Below, in pieces: positions 11,027 through 21,579 of a DNA stretch of 64,000 nucleotides; position 1 is the first letter of the stretch, and each line of letters starts with the position of its first letter. This stretch comes from Desulfobacterales bacterium (lineage in GTDB: Bacteria > Desulfobacterota > Desulfobacteria > Desulfobacterales > UBA5852), in assembly GCA_963674755.2 (NCBI GenBank), contig CAXXVS010000001.1, positions 384,001 through 448,000 of the forward strand, given 5' to 3'. Position numbers and translations under genes: made by a program. The notes under the pieces were generated by a model. That model was not told where the DNA came from and did no database searches. It was given only the letters and a program-made list of their open reading frames with translations.

Positions 11027-11987
11027 TGAGTTTCTCCTCGCACTGATTCCGGCAGATGACCCGTTGGACAAAATAGCGGGGCCGGGCCCGGACGTCGTGG
11101 TAGACGCGTCCCAGATATTCGCCCAGCAGTCCCATGCCCACGAACTGGGCGCCGATAAACATGAACAGGATGGCAAAAAGGGTAAAGACGCCCTCCGCCG
11201 CCCACTGGGCGCCGAACAGCAGGCGCATGAACAACAGAAAAAGGCCGAAGCCGATCCCCAGGGTCGAGACGACGGCGCCGGCCACGCTCAACAGCCGCAG
11301 GGGGAAAGTGGTCATGGAGGTGACCAGGTCGAACATGAGGGAGATCAGACGGGAAAAACTGTACTTGGAGTCCCCCCTTTGGCGGGCATCGTGCCCGACC
11401 TCGATCTCGGCCGTCTTGCGGGCAAAACTGTTGCCAAGCACCGGGATGAAGGTGCTGCGCTCGTGGCACATCAGCATGGCGCGCACGATGTGGCTGCGAT
11501 AGGCCCGCAGCATGCATCCGTAGTCGTGCATCTTCACGCCGGTGGCTTTCTGGACGGCGCGGTTGATCAGGGCCGAGGCGACCCTCCGAAACAGGGTGTC
11601 CTGCCGGTTGGCCCGCACGCTGCCCACGACATCGTACCCCTGATCCATGGTCCGGGCCAGCCGGGGAATTTCCTCCGGCGGGTTTTGCAGGTCGGCGTCC
11701 AGGGTGATGACGGTTTCTCCCCGCACCTGCTCGAAACCGGCCATGATGGCGGCGTGCTGCCCATAATTGCGATTGAGAAAAACCGCCACGATTTCTTCCG
11801 GGTGGGCGGCCGCGGCCTCCTCCAGCATGTCGGCCGAGCGGTCGCTGCTGCCGTCATCCACCAGGATGATCTCGAAGGGCCGCTGCGCTTCGCGGCAGGC
11901 CGTCAGGCACCGTCGGATCAGCTCCTCCAGGTTGGGTTCCTCGTTGAAGACGGGGATCACCACGGAGATCATATCGTTCGTTTTCAT
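10977..11987 (-). CDS. arnC: Undecaprenyl-phosphate L-Ara4FN transferase (GT2)
   Basis: [24 protein letters not shown] motifs; two C-terminal TM helices. Confidence 0.93.
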   Translation of the reverse strand: MKTNDMISVVIPVFNEEPNLEELIRRCLTACREAQRPFEIILVDDGSSDRSADMLEEAAAAHPEEIVAVFLNRNYGQHAAIMAGFEQVRGETVITLDADLQNPPEEIPRLARTMDQGYDVVGSVRANRQDTLFRRVASALINRAVQKATGVKMHDYGCMLRAYRSHIVRAMLMCHERSTFIPVLGNSFARKTAEIEVGHDARQRGDSKYSFSRLISLMFDLVTSMTTFPLRLLSVAGAVVSTLGIGFGLFLLFMRLLFGAQWAAEGVFTLFAILFMFIGAQFVGMGLLGEYLGRVYHDVRARPRYFVQRVICRNQCEEKLNESDCTGLSQHRLRGH

Positions 11988-13135
11988 TGGGCCAGGACCT
12001 CTTTGATGGCGTCGACGACCCCGTCCACATCTTCCGGGGTCATGTCCGGGAACAGGGGCAATGAACAGATGCGTGCCGAGTTCCACTCGGTATGGGGGAG
12101 CGTGCCTTCGACCTCGGGAAAGGTCGTCCGGTAGTAGACCTGCAGGTGCGCGGCCCGGAAATGAATGCCGGTGCCGATATTGCGCGCTTTGAGGGCGGCC
12201 ATGAACCGGTCCCGGTCCATGCCGCGCCTTTGGGACGTTACCCGTACGATAAAGAGGTGCCAGGCATGCTTCATGGGGTAGTCCGGCAGGGCCAGGGGGC
12301 GGATTTCGTCCACGCTCCGCAGCTTTTCACGATAATATTCGGCCAGAAGGGCTCTTTGGGCGTTCATCTCCGCCACCCGGTCCAACTGGCGCAGGCCGAG
12401 TACGGCCAGGATGTCCGGCAGGTTGTACTTGAAGCCGGGCTCGATGACCTCGGCCTGGGGGGATCGGCCCTGGGTCCGGCGGTCGTAGGCATCCACCCCC
12501 AGGCCGTGAAACTTCAGGCGGCGAATGCGCGCGTCGAAATCCGGGTCTTCGGAACACACCATGCCCCCCTCGCCGGTGGTGATGTTTTTGATGGGGTGGA
12601 ATGAAAAAATCGAGGTTCCGGTCCGTCCCACAGGGACACCTTTGTATTCGGTGCCGACGGCGTGGGCGGCATCCTCGATCAGGGCCAGGCCGTGCCGGTC
12701 CGCCAAGCGGCGGATGGGGTCCATGTCCGCCGGGGCGCCGGCGAAGTGGACGGGAATGACCAGCCGGGTGCGCCCGCTGATCTTCTCCGCGATGCGATCG
12801 GCGCTGACCATTAGGGTGTCCCGGTCCACGTCGACGAACACCGGTTTCGCCCCGGCCAGAACGATCAGATTCACGGTGGATACCCAAGTCATGGAAGGCG
12901 TGATTACTTCATCGCCGGGGCCGATGCCCAGGGCCTGCAAAGCGATGTGCATCCCGGCGGTGGCCGATGAAACGCAGGTGGCCCCACGGCAGCCCGTGTA
13001 AGCGCGGAAGCGATCTTCCAGTTCGGCGTTTTGGGGGCCGGTAGTGATCCAGCCCGAGCGCAGCACATCCGCCACCGCGGCGATGTCGGCTTCCGTGATA
13101 GAGGGACGTGAAAAGGGGAGGAAATCCGTTCGCAT
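11984..13135 (-). CDS. arnB: UDP-4-amino-4-deoxy-L-arabinose aminotransferase (DegT family)
   Basis: [21 protein letters not shown] and [18 protein letters not shown] motif. Confidence 0.95.
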   Translation of the reverse strand: MRTDFLPFSRPSITEADIAAVADVLRSGWITTGPQNAELEDRFRAYTGCRGATCVSSATAGMHIALQALGIGPGDEVITPSMTWVSTVNLIVLAGAKPVFVDVDRDTLMVSADRIAEKISGRTRLVIPVHFAGAPADMDPIRRLADRHGLALIEDAAHAVGTEYKGVPVGRTGTSIFSFHPIKNITTGEGGMVCSEDPDFDARIRRLKFHGLGVDAYDRRTQGRSPQAEVIEPGFKYNLPDILAVLGLRQLDRVAEMNAQRALLAEYYREKLRSVDEIRPLALPDYPMKHAWHLFIVRVTSQRRGMDRDRFMAALKARNIGTGIHFRAAHLQVYYRTTFPEVEGTLPHTEWNSARICSLPLFPDMTPEDVDGVVDAIKEVLAQ

Positions 13136-13342
13136 GGTCGTTTTAACATCCTTACCTGAATGATTCGAATCTACCCTAATCCGAAACCCGGGCAAATCAA
13201 CGCTAGTGGCGATCTCATGGTTGCGGGGGCCCTGGAAATGCGGCTAGCGTTGTTTCACATTTCGGCGATGATTTGCAAGGGTTTCTGACGGTGAACCGGA
13301 AACGCGGCACGCCCGGTTCCCTGCGGCCGCTTTCGTATTTCC

Positions 13343-14038
13343 TCAAACCGCCACGACATACCAGTGCGGCGAGATGCCCCAGCGTACGGCGATTTTTCGT
13401 TGAACCCGGAAGCCGGTCGTCAGGAGTTCGCCATGAAAGACGGGGTAGGGAATAGGGATGCGATCCCGGGGCGTTCGTCCGCGCGCCTTGTTGACGAGCT
13501 TGCGGTAAGCCGCATCGAGGGCGAAGCTGTTGAAAAAGGATATGATGACGGGCCCGCGGCTGATGCGGCGCAATTCCTTGAGAGCCCTTAGGCGGGTGCT
13601 CGACTCCGTGAAGTGGTGGAACAGGCGGTTGCAGACGACGGCGTCGAATTGATTGTCGGCATAACCGGTCTGCATGACGTCCCGGACTTCGAAATCGACA
13701 TGCGGAAGATGCCCTTCCGTCGGCGATTGAGAGGCCGCAATGTTCGTGCGGGCGAGGCTCACCATGGCTTCGGAAACATCCGCCGCGGTGACGCGAAACC
13801 CCTGGTCCATCAGCAGCCGGGTCAGTCGGCCGGTGCCGCAGGGCAGATCCAGGACGCGGCTTCCGGGGGTGATCCCACGTAGCGCCTTTGTGATACAATT
13901 TTTTTCGCGGCGGTCGCGCCAATGGCGAGGGCGGAATTGGGCCGGATACTGCGAGGCGACCTGCGGTGCGGAAAAGCGTTTGATGGCCTGCTGGTAGGAA
14001 CTGCCCAGTGTGGAATCCTGTGTTGCCTTTTGTGCCAT
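13343..14038 (-). CDS. Class I SAM-dependent methyltransferase (third, divergent WarA-like paralog)
   Basis: VLDLPCGTGR and CNRLFHH motifs. Confidence 0.85.
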   Translation of the reverse strand: MAQKATQDSTLGSSYQQAIKRFSAPQVASQYPAQFRPRHWRDRREKNCITKALRGITPGSRVLDLPCGTGRLTRLLMDQGFRVTAADVSEAMVSLARTNIAASQSPTEGHLPHVDFEVRDVMQTGYADNQFDAVVCNRLFHHFTESSTRLRALKELRRISRGPVIISFFNSFALDAAYRKLVNKARGRTPRDRIPIPYPVFHGELLTTGFRVQRKIAVRWGISPHWYVVAV

Positions 14039-14857
14039 TATCCCTCGCTTGTGTTGTCGCGCCGCCCCTCGGTGTGGGCCGCGTGGGGTGAGTGGGGCGG
14101 ATTCCCCGTCTTGCCGGTGACAAGGCGCCCTGGCCTGTCATGATCCGTTGAGGATACGATCCCTGCAGGATGATCGGAACCGGACGGGAAAATGGTTTGG
14201 GGGGCGGATGGGACAGAGGCCTGTCCGTAGTTTGCCGGAAGGGGGCGCGGCGCCTTGCGGGGTCGCGTAAAGACATCCATCCGGTCGGGCTCGGAGCAGA
14301 CATAGAGGTCCCCGGCCGGCCTCACCGCCAAGCCCTCCGCACGGATGATTTCAGGCATGGAGCGGGAAAGGTTGAGGCTTCCCATTTCCTGCCCGTCCAG
14401 GCGGTAAGCTTTGATCTTGCGGGAGTTCCGGCTGAGAACCAGCACCCGGCGGGTGGCGCGATCGAAGTACAGGCCGGCGTAGCCGCCAAGTTTGAGCCAG
14501 GGCAGATTATGCAATGCAGGCCGTTCAACCGGCTTTTCCGTGCCGCTGGAAGAAATCGCATAAACGGCGCGCGAAAAACGGTTCAGGCTGCCGGGGCCTT
14601 TCGTGAAAAAGGTGAGTGGCATGGTCAAGGCATCATTTCCGGCTGTCGGTCGGCATCACGGGGGTCAGGGGGACGAACAGCGGAAGCCCGGAGTCCGCGT
14701 CCGCCGATAAACGGAACGATAGCGGTGGCAAAGATAAAGGTCGTGCCCCCCAAAGCATAAACGCCGGCAGCACCAGGCCGATCAGACCATAGCACTTGGC
14801 CGCCCGCTTGGTTTTGGAGGGATGCGGGCTCCCTTCATGACGGAATCGCTGGATCAT
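14038..14857 (-). pseudogene. Probable degraded SdiA-regulated/YjiK-like beta-propeller gene (two ORF pieces: 14633..14857 and 14038..14628)
   Basis: C-terminal piece has GLYFD...LVLS...AEGLAV...GDLYVCSEP; the upstream piece has a hydrophobic anchor; too short for a full propeller. Confidence 0.45.
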
Positions 14858-15207
14858 AAAGAGCGACGGGTTAACCTTTTATGGATGGACACCATTTACA
14901 AAAAAAAGCATCCTAATACGTATCAAGTTACAGGAAGATGATGGCAATATTACCAATTAATTATGTTCGCCGGATCCCGGGAGAAACATGCCACGTGAGG
15001 TCGGTCCAGGGTGCCAGGCGGGAGGGCGTAAGCATTGTGCGAGGCCATCATCCGCAGCCCGGGTCATGGCTGCCGGCGTCCATCCCTCTTTGCCATCGCG
15101 CCTGGCAGATTGCCGCCGGGTTATGCGGATGAATGCACAACTTATTTATTTCGCTTAAAATAAATGAAAGAATGCTGGAAATCAAGCCCTGACGGTCAAA
15201 TGATGCG

Positions 15208-16080
15208 TCATACGCGGTGCGTGTCCTTCAGCGGCCGCTCCCCGGCCGTCCTGCGGTCGGGTTGTTTGCGGCGCACTTTGCGTTGAATCAGCCACCCTAG
15301 CAAAGACCTCAGTCCCTTCATACGACAGGCGATGACATAATGGTCCAGAAAGGCTTCCCATTGCGTATCGGTCCAAGGGGCGTGGCGGAAAAATTGGTTC
15401 AGATCCCGCAGGGCGATGACGAGGCGTGACGGTCGGCGCCGGGTCTTTTCGACATCGATCAGGTAAGGCCTTAGCTGCTGTTCGGGAAGTGCTGCGGTCG
15501 GCTTGCCCCTCTGGTACCCGCTGATGAGGACATGCTTGCCGTACAAGGCGCAGTGTTGGAGGCGATGGCGGTGCAGCCGGCCGATGAGGCTTGCCGTGTC
15601 CTGGAGGACCTGGCGGACTTCGGATGCAGGGCGTTTGCCCGTCAGCTGCATATAATCCCCGAAGGCGATACTCTGGGGCACTTCCCGGGTGATCAGAATG
15701 GCCTGCAGCGCTTTACCGGTCTGGCGTTCTCCATAATAAAGGACCTCCGGTGCGGCGACGGCGGCGGCATGCATATCCTTGAGGCGCTTGTATTCACGAA
15801 AGGCGGTCGGCCGGAGGCACCAGGGGCTCAAAAGGCTTCGGTAGGCATGATTCTCCTGGCGTTTGAGGTAGACGACGACGGGCTCCCCGGCCGATCCGGT
15901 CAACGTCAGGCTGCATACGCCGCTCCAACCCTGGCGGCGAAAATTAGGTTCCTCGACCCAGGGCGCGTCCAGCGACCAGATCGTTTCAAAGCTGTCGAGT
16001 CCATTGTGTTGCAGCAGGCCGCCGCCGGCAGATGCTTCCAGCAGGGAGTGGCCTTTAGGCCGGCTTTTTTTGCAGGACAT
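15208..16080 (-). CDS. InaA/WarB-type lipopolysaccharide kinase (Kdo/WaaP family)
   Basis: WVEEPNFRRQGWSGV, YLKRQ, HCALYGKH, LIDVEK; coupled to the upstream methyltransferase. Confidence 0.88.
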   Translation of the reverse strand: MSCKKSRPKGHSLLEASAGGGLLQHNGLDSFETIWSLDAPWVEEPNFRRQGWSGVCSLTLTGSAGEPVVVYLKRQENHAYRSLLSPWCLRPTAFREYKRLKDMHAAAVAAPEVLYYGERQTGKALQAILITREVPQSIAFGDYMQLTGKRPASEVRQVLQDTASLIGRLHRHRLQHCALYGKHVLISGYQRGKPTAALPEQQLRPYLIDVEKTRRRPSRLVIALRDLNQFFRHAPWTDTQWEAFLDHYVIACRMKGLRSLLGWLIQRKVRRKQPDRRTAGERPLKDTHRV

Positions 16081-16712
16081 AGAGTCTCCACATGGCGTAG
16101 AATTTAAGGAAATCGAAGTGGGCGGCGATGGTGAAGCCGGCCTGCTCGAATTCGGATTCGATCTGGCGGCGGTCCAGAACGATGCGGTTTTGATAGGTCT
16201 TCCGGGTGCGGCGGGCTTCCAGCTTGCGCCGCCGCCAGGCTTTGTAGTTGCCGTCCACCCAGAGGGAGAGGGCCACGGTGTGGCGGGTGACCCGATGGAA
16301 TTCCCTTAAAATGGCCAGGCGGTCTTCCGAACGGGTGATGTGGTGCAGCAGGCGCATGCAGAACACGTGGTCCACGCGGTTGTCCTCCAGCTGAATATCG
16401 AAGGCGGAGCTCTGGAACAGGGTGATGCGTTCGAGCAGGGAAGGCGGGGTGACTTCCCGGGCGACGTCCAGCATGGCGTCACTGTTGTCGGCGGCCAGGA
16501 TGGTCTGTTGGGTGGCACGGCTCAGCAGGGGCCAGAAGCGTCCCGTACCGCAGGGCAGGTCCAGGATCACGGCGGGCTTTCCGGCCAGGGCCAGGGCCTG
16601 GGCGGCCATCTGCTGCTCGCGCCAGTTGGAAAGCCGGCGGCCTATGGTGCGGCGGTGCTTTTCGTGGTAGTCGCGCGAGTGCTTCAGGGTGTATTTGGCG
16701 GAAAATTCCAGC
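16042..16712. repeat. ~670-bp direct repeat, copy 2
   Basis: Matches 241..911. Confidence 0.95.
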
Positions 16713-16726
16713 TCTGGTTTGCCCAT
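16055..16726 (-). CDS. Class I SAM-dependent methyltransferase (WarA-like), copy 2
   Basis: Near-identical to 254..925; overlaps the intact kinase gene. Confidence 0.87.
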   Translation of the reverse strand: MGKPELEFSAKYTLKHSRDYHEKHRRTIGRRLSNWREQQMAAQALALAGKPAVILDLPCGTGRFWPLLSRATQQTILAADNSDAMLDVAREVTPPSLLERITLFQSSAFDIQLEDNRVDHVFCMRLLHHITRSEDRLAILREFHRVTRHTVALSLWVDGNYKAWRRRKLEARRTRKTYQNRIVLDRRQIESEFEQAGFTIAAHFDFLKFYAMWRLYVLQKKPA

Positions 16727-17143
16727 GGGATTCCTCCGGACCGTTCAGCGGTCTATGGCAATCGGTATCAGCAATCCGTATCAATGGTTGCCAGGGATGC
16801 TGGCATGACGTCAGACGCCACCGCAATCCGATCATGGCGTGCGGCTCGGTTGCATACGGTCGAACCTCGAACCGGTACGCCCCGGGCGGCGCAAATAAAT
16901 GGTCACGACCAACCGGTGGTGTCAAGTTTGATTTTAGCCGGTGCAGTTCCGTCAACGGGGGCTGCAATCGATTCGCTGGCAAGCCTTTGGCGGATGGGGA
17001 CGGTCGGATAGCGCCGTCTGGCGCCCCTTACAGGCGATCCCTTCCATTTTGCCCGAGTCGGCTTGCCCTGGCGGTAAATCGACAGGCGTGCGGATCTATC
17101 TGGCGGATCTCTCTGATGGATTGACAAAAGCTGCCTGGGGGCA

Positions 17144-17776
17144 TCAGGCATCAGACACCAATGCGGGAAGTGAAGCGAGCGCATCCTGAAGCGCATTGCC
17201 CAGGGCCTCCAAATGGACGGCAAAGAAGTGATCCGCGCCGGGCACCACTTCCAAAACCGCAGCGGGATTCCAGATGGGGATCAGGCGTTGCAGCATTTCC
17301 GGCGGGGCAATATCATCCCGGCTGCCGGTGAGGACCAGGGCCAGCCCGGGCAGGTGCTCGATGCCGCGGAAGTCCATGAAGGCCGTGGGCGGGGATACCA
17401 TGGTCATCCGGATGGTGGGCAGGCTGCCCGCGGCAAAGTGGGCATTGACCCATGCGCCGAAGGAATAGCCGGAGAGCTCAATGGGCCCCAGGCCCTGTTT
17501 ATGGAGATAGGCGATCGCCTGGCGTACATCCTCCTGTTCCCCGCGGCCTTCGTCATAGCGCCCCTGGCTGCCTTCCACACCCCGGAAATTGAATCGCAGG
17601 GTGGTGTAGCCGCGCCGGCGAAAGCTTGCGGCGATGGTCTCCACCACCGGGCTGTGCATATTGCCGCCATAGAGGGAATGGGGGTGGGTGACCACTACCG
17701 CCCGCGGGGCGCCTTCATGCAGGCGGCCCTCCAGACGATAGCCGGATGAGGTAAAATGCACTTCGGTTTCCATCAT
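17144..17776 (-). CDS. Alpha/beta hydrolase
   Basis: HPHSLYGG, FNFRG, GYSFG nucleophile elbow, GADHFF. Confidence 0.9.
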   Translation of the reverse strand: MMETEVHFTSSGYRLEGRLHEGAPRAVVVTHPHSLYGGNMHSPVVETIAASFRRRGYTTLRFNFRGVEGSQGRYDEGRGEQEDVRQAIAYLHKQGLGPIELSGYSFGAWVNAHFAAGSLPTIRMTMVSPPTAFMDFRGIEHLPGLALVLTGSRDDIAPPEMLQRLIPIWNPAAVLEVVPGADHFFAVHLEALGNALQDALASLPALVSDA

Positions 17777-17788
17777 GCCTCGCAGGGG

Positions 17789-18937
17789 TTAGCGAACCTG
17801 TTGCATGACGCCGACAATTTCGCGGCCGAAAGCCCTGTGGCGCCACTGCCGCAGATCAGGGGTTTCGGACAGGTCGGCAAGGGTTTGGGGATGCCGCAGG
17901 GCGATGGCCTGCATCAGGGCCTTGCTGAGCATCAAGCCGGGATCCAGATCCAGCTCCCGGGCCTTGCGGTCGCGCCAGGTCTTCAAGGCGGTCATGCGCT
18001 CGGGGACGCGGGCCGGCATGCGCGGCGCTTTCTGGCGCGGATAAACAGGGAGTTTTTCCTTCGGCGTATCCTGGGCCTGGCGAATAGCCTTGAGCAGGGC
18101 GTTGCCATGGAGCTTGATCTGCTTCGGGCTCAGGGCCTCGGCCTGCTCCAAAGCGCGGGGCGTCAGCGGCATGGCCGTGGCCAGCATCAGCAGGGACTTG
18201 TTCGAAAATACCTTGAATAGGGGGCGGTCCTTGGCTTCTGCCAGCTGGCGCCGCAGTTGCAGGAGCGCTTCCAAAGCTGCCAGGTGGCGCGGCCGCAGGC
18301 GGCCGGCCCCCTTGAAAGCAAGAAACAGGGGCGCCTGGTTCGGCTCGGGCGGACGCACGCGGCGCAGCCAGTCGCATTCTTCCAGCACCCAGGCAAAGCG
18401 TTTTTTGCGGTGAAGCGCTTCTTCCAGCGTGGCTGCCAGCGGCAAAAGATAGTGGACGTCGTGGGCGGCGTAATCCATCATGGCTTCGGGCAGAGGGCGT
18501 TTGGACCAGTCCCTGCGCTGATATTTCTTATCGAGACAAACGCCGAAGTGGTCTCGCAGAACCGCGTCCAGACCGCTTTCATGGCTGCCCAGAAAGCGTG
18601 AAGCCAGCTCGGTATCGAAGAGATTGCGGACTTCGATTTCAAAATCGCGATACAGGGAACGGATATCATAGTCGGCCCCGTGCAGCACCTTGCGAATGCA
18701 CGGGTCGGCCATCACCGGCTTGAGGGCCGACAAGTCGGCCAGCTTGAGCGGATCCAGCACGAGGGTTTCATCGGGCGTGGCGATTTGGATCAGGCAGACT
18801 TTCTCCCGGAAGTGATACATCGAATCGGCCTCCAGGTCGAAGGCGATTTCGTCGTTTTTATGCAGCTGTCGGGCGGCGGCGGCTAACTCGCGGGGCTGGT
18901 CGATGAGGCGGTATCCGTCCGGGTTGTGATTTATCAT
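17789..18937 (-). CDS. rnd: Ribonuclease D (3'-5' exonuclease plus HRDC)
   Basis: DLEAD ExoI motif, HGADYD, DWSKRPL, YAAHDV; two HRDC-like domains. Confidence 0.85.
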   Translation of the reverse strand: MINHNPDGYRLIDQPRELAAAARQLHKNDEIAFDLEADSMYHFREKVCLIQIATPDETLVLDPLKLADLSALKPVMADPCIRKVLHGADYDIRSLYRDFEIEVRNLFDTELASRFLGSHESGLDAVLRDHFGVCLDKKYQRRDWSKRPLPEAMMDYAAHDVHYLLPLAATLEEALHRKKRFAWVLEECDWLRRVRPPEPNQAPLFLAFKGAGRLRPRHLAALEALLQLRRQLAEAKDRPLFKVFSNKSLLMLATAMPLTPRALEQAEALSPKQIKLHGNALLKAIRQAQDTPKEKLPVYPRQKAPRMPARVPERMTALKTWRDRKARELDLDPGLMLSKALMQAIALRHPQTLADLSETPDLRQWRHRAFGREIVGVMQQVR

Positions 18938-19036
18938 GATTTTGCTTGACCCATCCTTTGGTTTCCCTTAAGTTTTTAAACTTTCGGCGTTTGCCTGCCA
19001 TGGAAGGCACCCCTGTGACGACAAAGCGAGGATACA

Positions 19037-20953
19037 ATGGTCCATATAACACTTCCCGACGGGAGCATAAAGCAGTTTGAAACACCACCTTCCGGGCTGG
19101 ATGTGGCCAAATCCATTTCCGAAGGGCTGGCCCGTGATTGTGTCGCCATGGAAGTCGACGGCCAGGTGCGGGATCTCTACCTGACGATCGAGCAGGATGC
19201 CACCCTGCGCCTGATCACCACGCGCGAGGACGAGGCCCTCGAGATCATGCGCCACAGCGCCGCCCATGTGATGGCCCAGGCGGTTTTGCGGCTCTATGAC
19301 AAGGCCAAGCTGACCATCGGTCCGGTCATCGAGGACGGTTTCTACTACGATATCGATATGGAACCGATATCCGAAGACGATTTCCCCAAGATCGAAGCCG
19401 AGATGCAGAAGATCGTCAAGGCCAAGATCCCGATCCGGCGGGAGGCCATCAGCAAGGCCGAAGCCCTGGCCTTTTACAAAAATGAACCCTACAAACTGGA
19501 GATGATCGAAGACCTCCCCGACGGCACTATTTCGCTCTACCGCCAGGGGGATTTTGTCGATCTTTGCCGGGGGCCGCACGTGCCTCATACCGGATTCGTG
19601 AAGGCCTTCAAGCTGATGAAGGTATCCGGCGCCTACTGGCGGGCGGATCAGAACAAGGCCCAGCTGCAGCGGATATACGGCACGGCCTACTTCGATAAAA
19701 AGGAATTGAAAGCCTACCTGACGTTTCTGGAGGAGGCCCGCAAACGCAACCATCGCAAGATCGGCGAGGCCCAGGAGCTTTTCAGCTTCCACGACGAAGC
19801 GCCCGGCATGCCGTTTTTCCACCCCCGGGGTATGGTGATGTGGAACCTGCTGCTCGATTTCTGGCGGGAGGAGCATCGCCGCGCCGGCTATGTGGAGATC
19901 AAGACACCGATCATGTTGCAGCAGGTCCTCTGGGAGCGCAGCGGGCACTGGGACAACTACCGCGAGAACATGTACACCAGCGAAGTGGATGGCATCGCCT
20001 ATGCCATCAAACCCATGAATTGCCCGGGCGGCATGCTCCTTTATAAAAACCGCCACCACTCCTACCGGGAACTGCCCCTGCGCGTGGCGGAGGTCGGCTT
20101 GGTGCACCGCCATGAACTGAGCGGGGTGCTCTCCGGCCTCTTCCGGGTCCGCGCCTTCCACCAGGACGATGCCCACATTTACATGATGCCCGATCAGATC
20201 GAGGCCGAAATCCTGGGCGTGCTCCGCCTGGTGGAACGCATCTACGGGGTTTTCGGTCTCGGGTTCCATCTGGAACTGTCCACCCGCCCGGAGAAAAGCA
20301 TCGGCACCGACGAACAATGGGCGATCGCCACCGATGGCCTGCGGTCGGCTTTGGAGGCCTATGGGGCCGACTACCAGCTCAATGAAGGCGACGGCGCCTT
20401 CTACGGCCCGAAAATCGACATTCATATCAAGGATGCCCTGGGACGCACCTGGCAATGCGGGACGATTCAGCTCGACATGTCACAGCCGGAGCGGTTTGAC
20501 CTGACCTTTGTGGATCGGGACAACCAGCGCCGGCGTCCCATTATGATCCATCGCACCGTGCTGGGATCCATCGAGCGCTTTTTCGGCATCCTGATCGAAC
20601 ATTTTGCCGGGAAATATCCGCTCTGGCTGACACCGGTGCAGGCGGTGGTCCTGCCCATCAACGATGACATCGCCCCCTATGCCGGATCGCTGCGCGACGA
20701 TCTGACGGCCGCCGGACTACGGGTCGAACTCGACGACCGCACCGAAAGCCTCAACAAAAAAGTGCGCGAAGCCCAACTGCGCCAGATTCCTCTGATCCTT
20801 ACCATCGGCGCCAAGGAGCAGGCCGCCGGCACGCTGTCGGTACGGACCCTGGACGGTCATGTGCGTTACGGCGTGGCCCGTGAGGTCTTCCTGGAAACCG
20901 TTTTAGGCCATGTCCGGGACCGGCAGTTGGACCTCACGATTTTCAATGAATAG
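19037..20953 (+). CDS. thrS: Threonyl-tRNA synthetase
   Basis: TGS domain, RHSAAH, DLCRGPH editing motif, KPMNCP, GAFYGPKID. Confidence 0.98.
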   Translation: MVHITLPDGSIKQFETPPSGLDVAKSISEGLARDCVAMEVDGQVRDLYLTIEQDATLRLITTREDEALEIMRHSAAHVMAQAVLRLYDKAKLTIGPVIEDGFYYDIDMEPISEDDFPKIEAEMQKIVKAKIPIRREAISKAEALAFYKNEPYKLEMIEDLPDGTISLYRQGDFVDLCRGPHVPHTGFVKAFKLMKVSGAYWRADQNKAQLQRIYGTAYFDKKELKAYLTFLEEARKRNHRKIGEAQELFSFHDEAPGMPFFHPRGMVMWNLLLDFWREEHRRAGYVEIKTPIMLQQVLWERSGHWDNYRENMYTSEVDGIAYAIKPMNCPGGMLLYKNRHHSYRELPLRVAEVGLVHRHELSGVLSGLFRVRAFHQDDAHIYMMPDQIEAEILGVLRLVERIYGVFGLGFHLELSTRPEKSIGTDEQWAIATDGLRSALEAYGADYQLNEGDGAFYGPKIDIHIKDALGRTWQCGTIQLDMSQPERFDLTFVDRDNQRRRPIMIHRTVLGSIERFFGILIEHFAGKYPLWLTPVQAVVLPINDDIAPYAGSLRDDLTAAGLRVELDDRTESLNKKVREAQLRQIPLILTIGAKEQAAGTLSVRTLDGHVRYGVAREVFLETVLGHVRDRQLDLTIFNE

Positions 20954-21434
20954 GACGACTAAGACCGCCCGCGCCCGTCACGCTTCGGGAGGCATCGAAC
21001 CGCCGGGCCTTCCGCCCTGGGCAACAACGATGCGGCGTGTCTTCCGCCATCCGGCCATATCCTGGTCTCTGTTGGCCGGCTATTGCCTGCTGATCTTTAT
21101 CCAGTCCTCCTTGCCGTCCGTCGATATGGGCACTGATCTGCCGGGCTTCGACAAGCTCCTTCATTTGGCCGCCTATACGCTTATGGCTGTACTGGCCTGC
21201 CGCGCTTTCGCCACGCGGCCTGGTCTGCAAAGCGCCCTGGCCCTCTTCCTGGCCGGATTTGCGTTCACGCTTCTGTTCGGTTTGAGCGACGAGTGGCACC
21301 AGTCCTTTGTTCCTGCTCGCACGGCGGACGTGTGGGATTGGGCGGCGGACGGTCTGGGCGCCCTGCTGGGGGCCGGTTTCACCAGCCGGCGCCTTCGTGC
21401 GACGGGACGGCGGGGGGGCACTTTCCCTCGTTGA
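20946..21434 (+). CDS. VanZ-family membrane protein
   Basis: DKLLH...SDEWHQSFVPAR...DWAAD motif; start uncertain. Confidence 0.85.
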   Translation: MNRTTKTARARHASGGIEPPGLPPWATTMRRVFRHPAISWSLLAGYCLLIFIQSSLPSVDMGTDLPGFDKLLHLAAYTLMAVLACRAFATRPGLQSALALFLAGFAFTLLFGLSDEWHQSFVPARTADVWDWAADGLGALLGAGFTSRRLRATGRRGGTFPR

Positions 21435-21579
21435 CAAGACGCCTGGTATTCTATAAAAATTCTAATTCCGAATGATATATAATGCCCGCGCAGAACCGGC
21501 CATGATCCTATGGCCCTCGGCGAACCGGCATGACTGAAGTGATGGCCGTTTCCAGTGGGCCATTAAAAAGGGGAAAACC

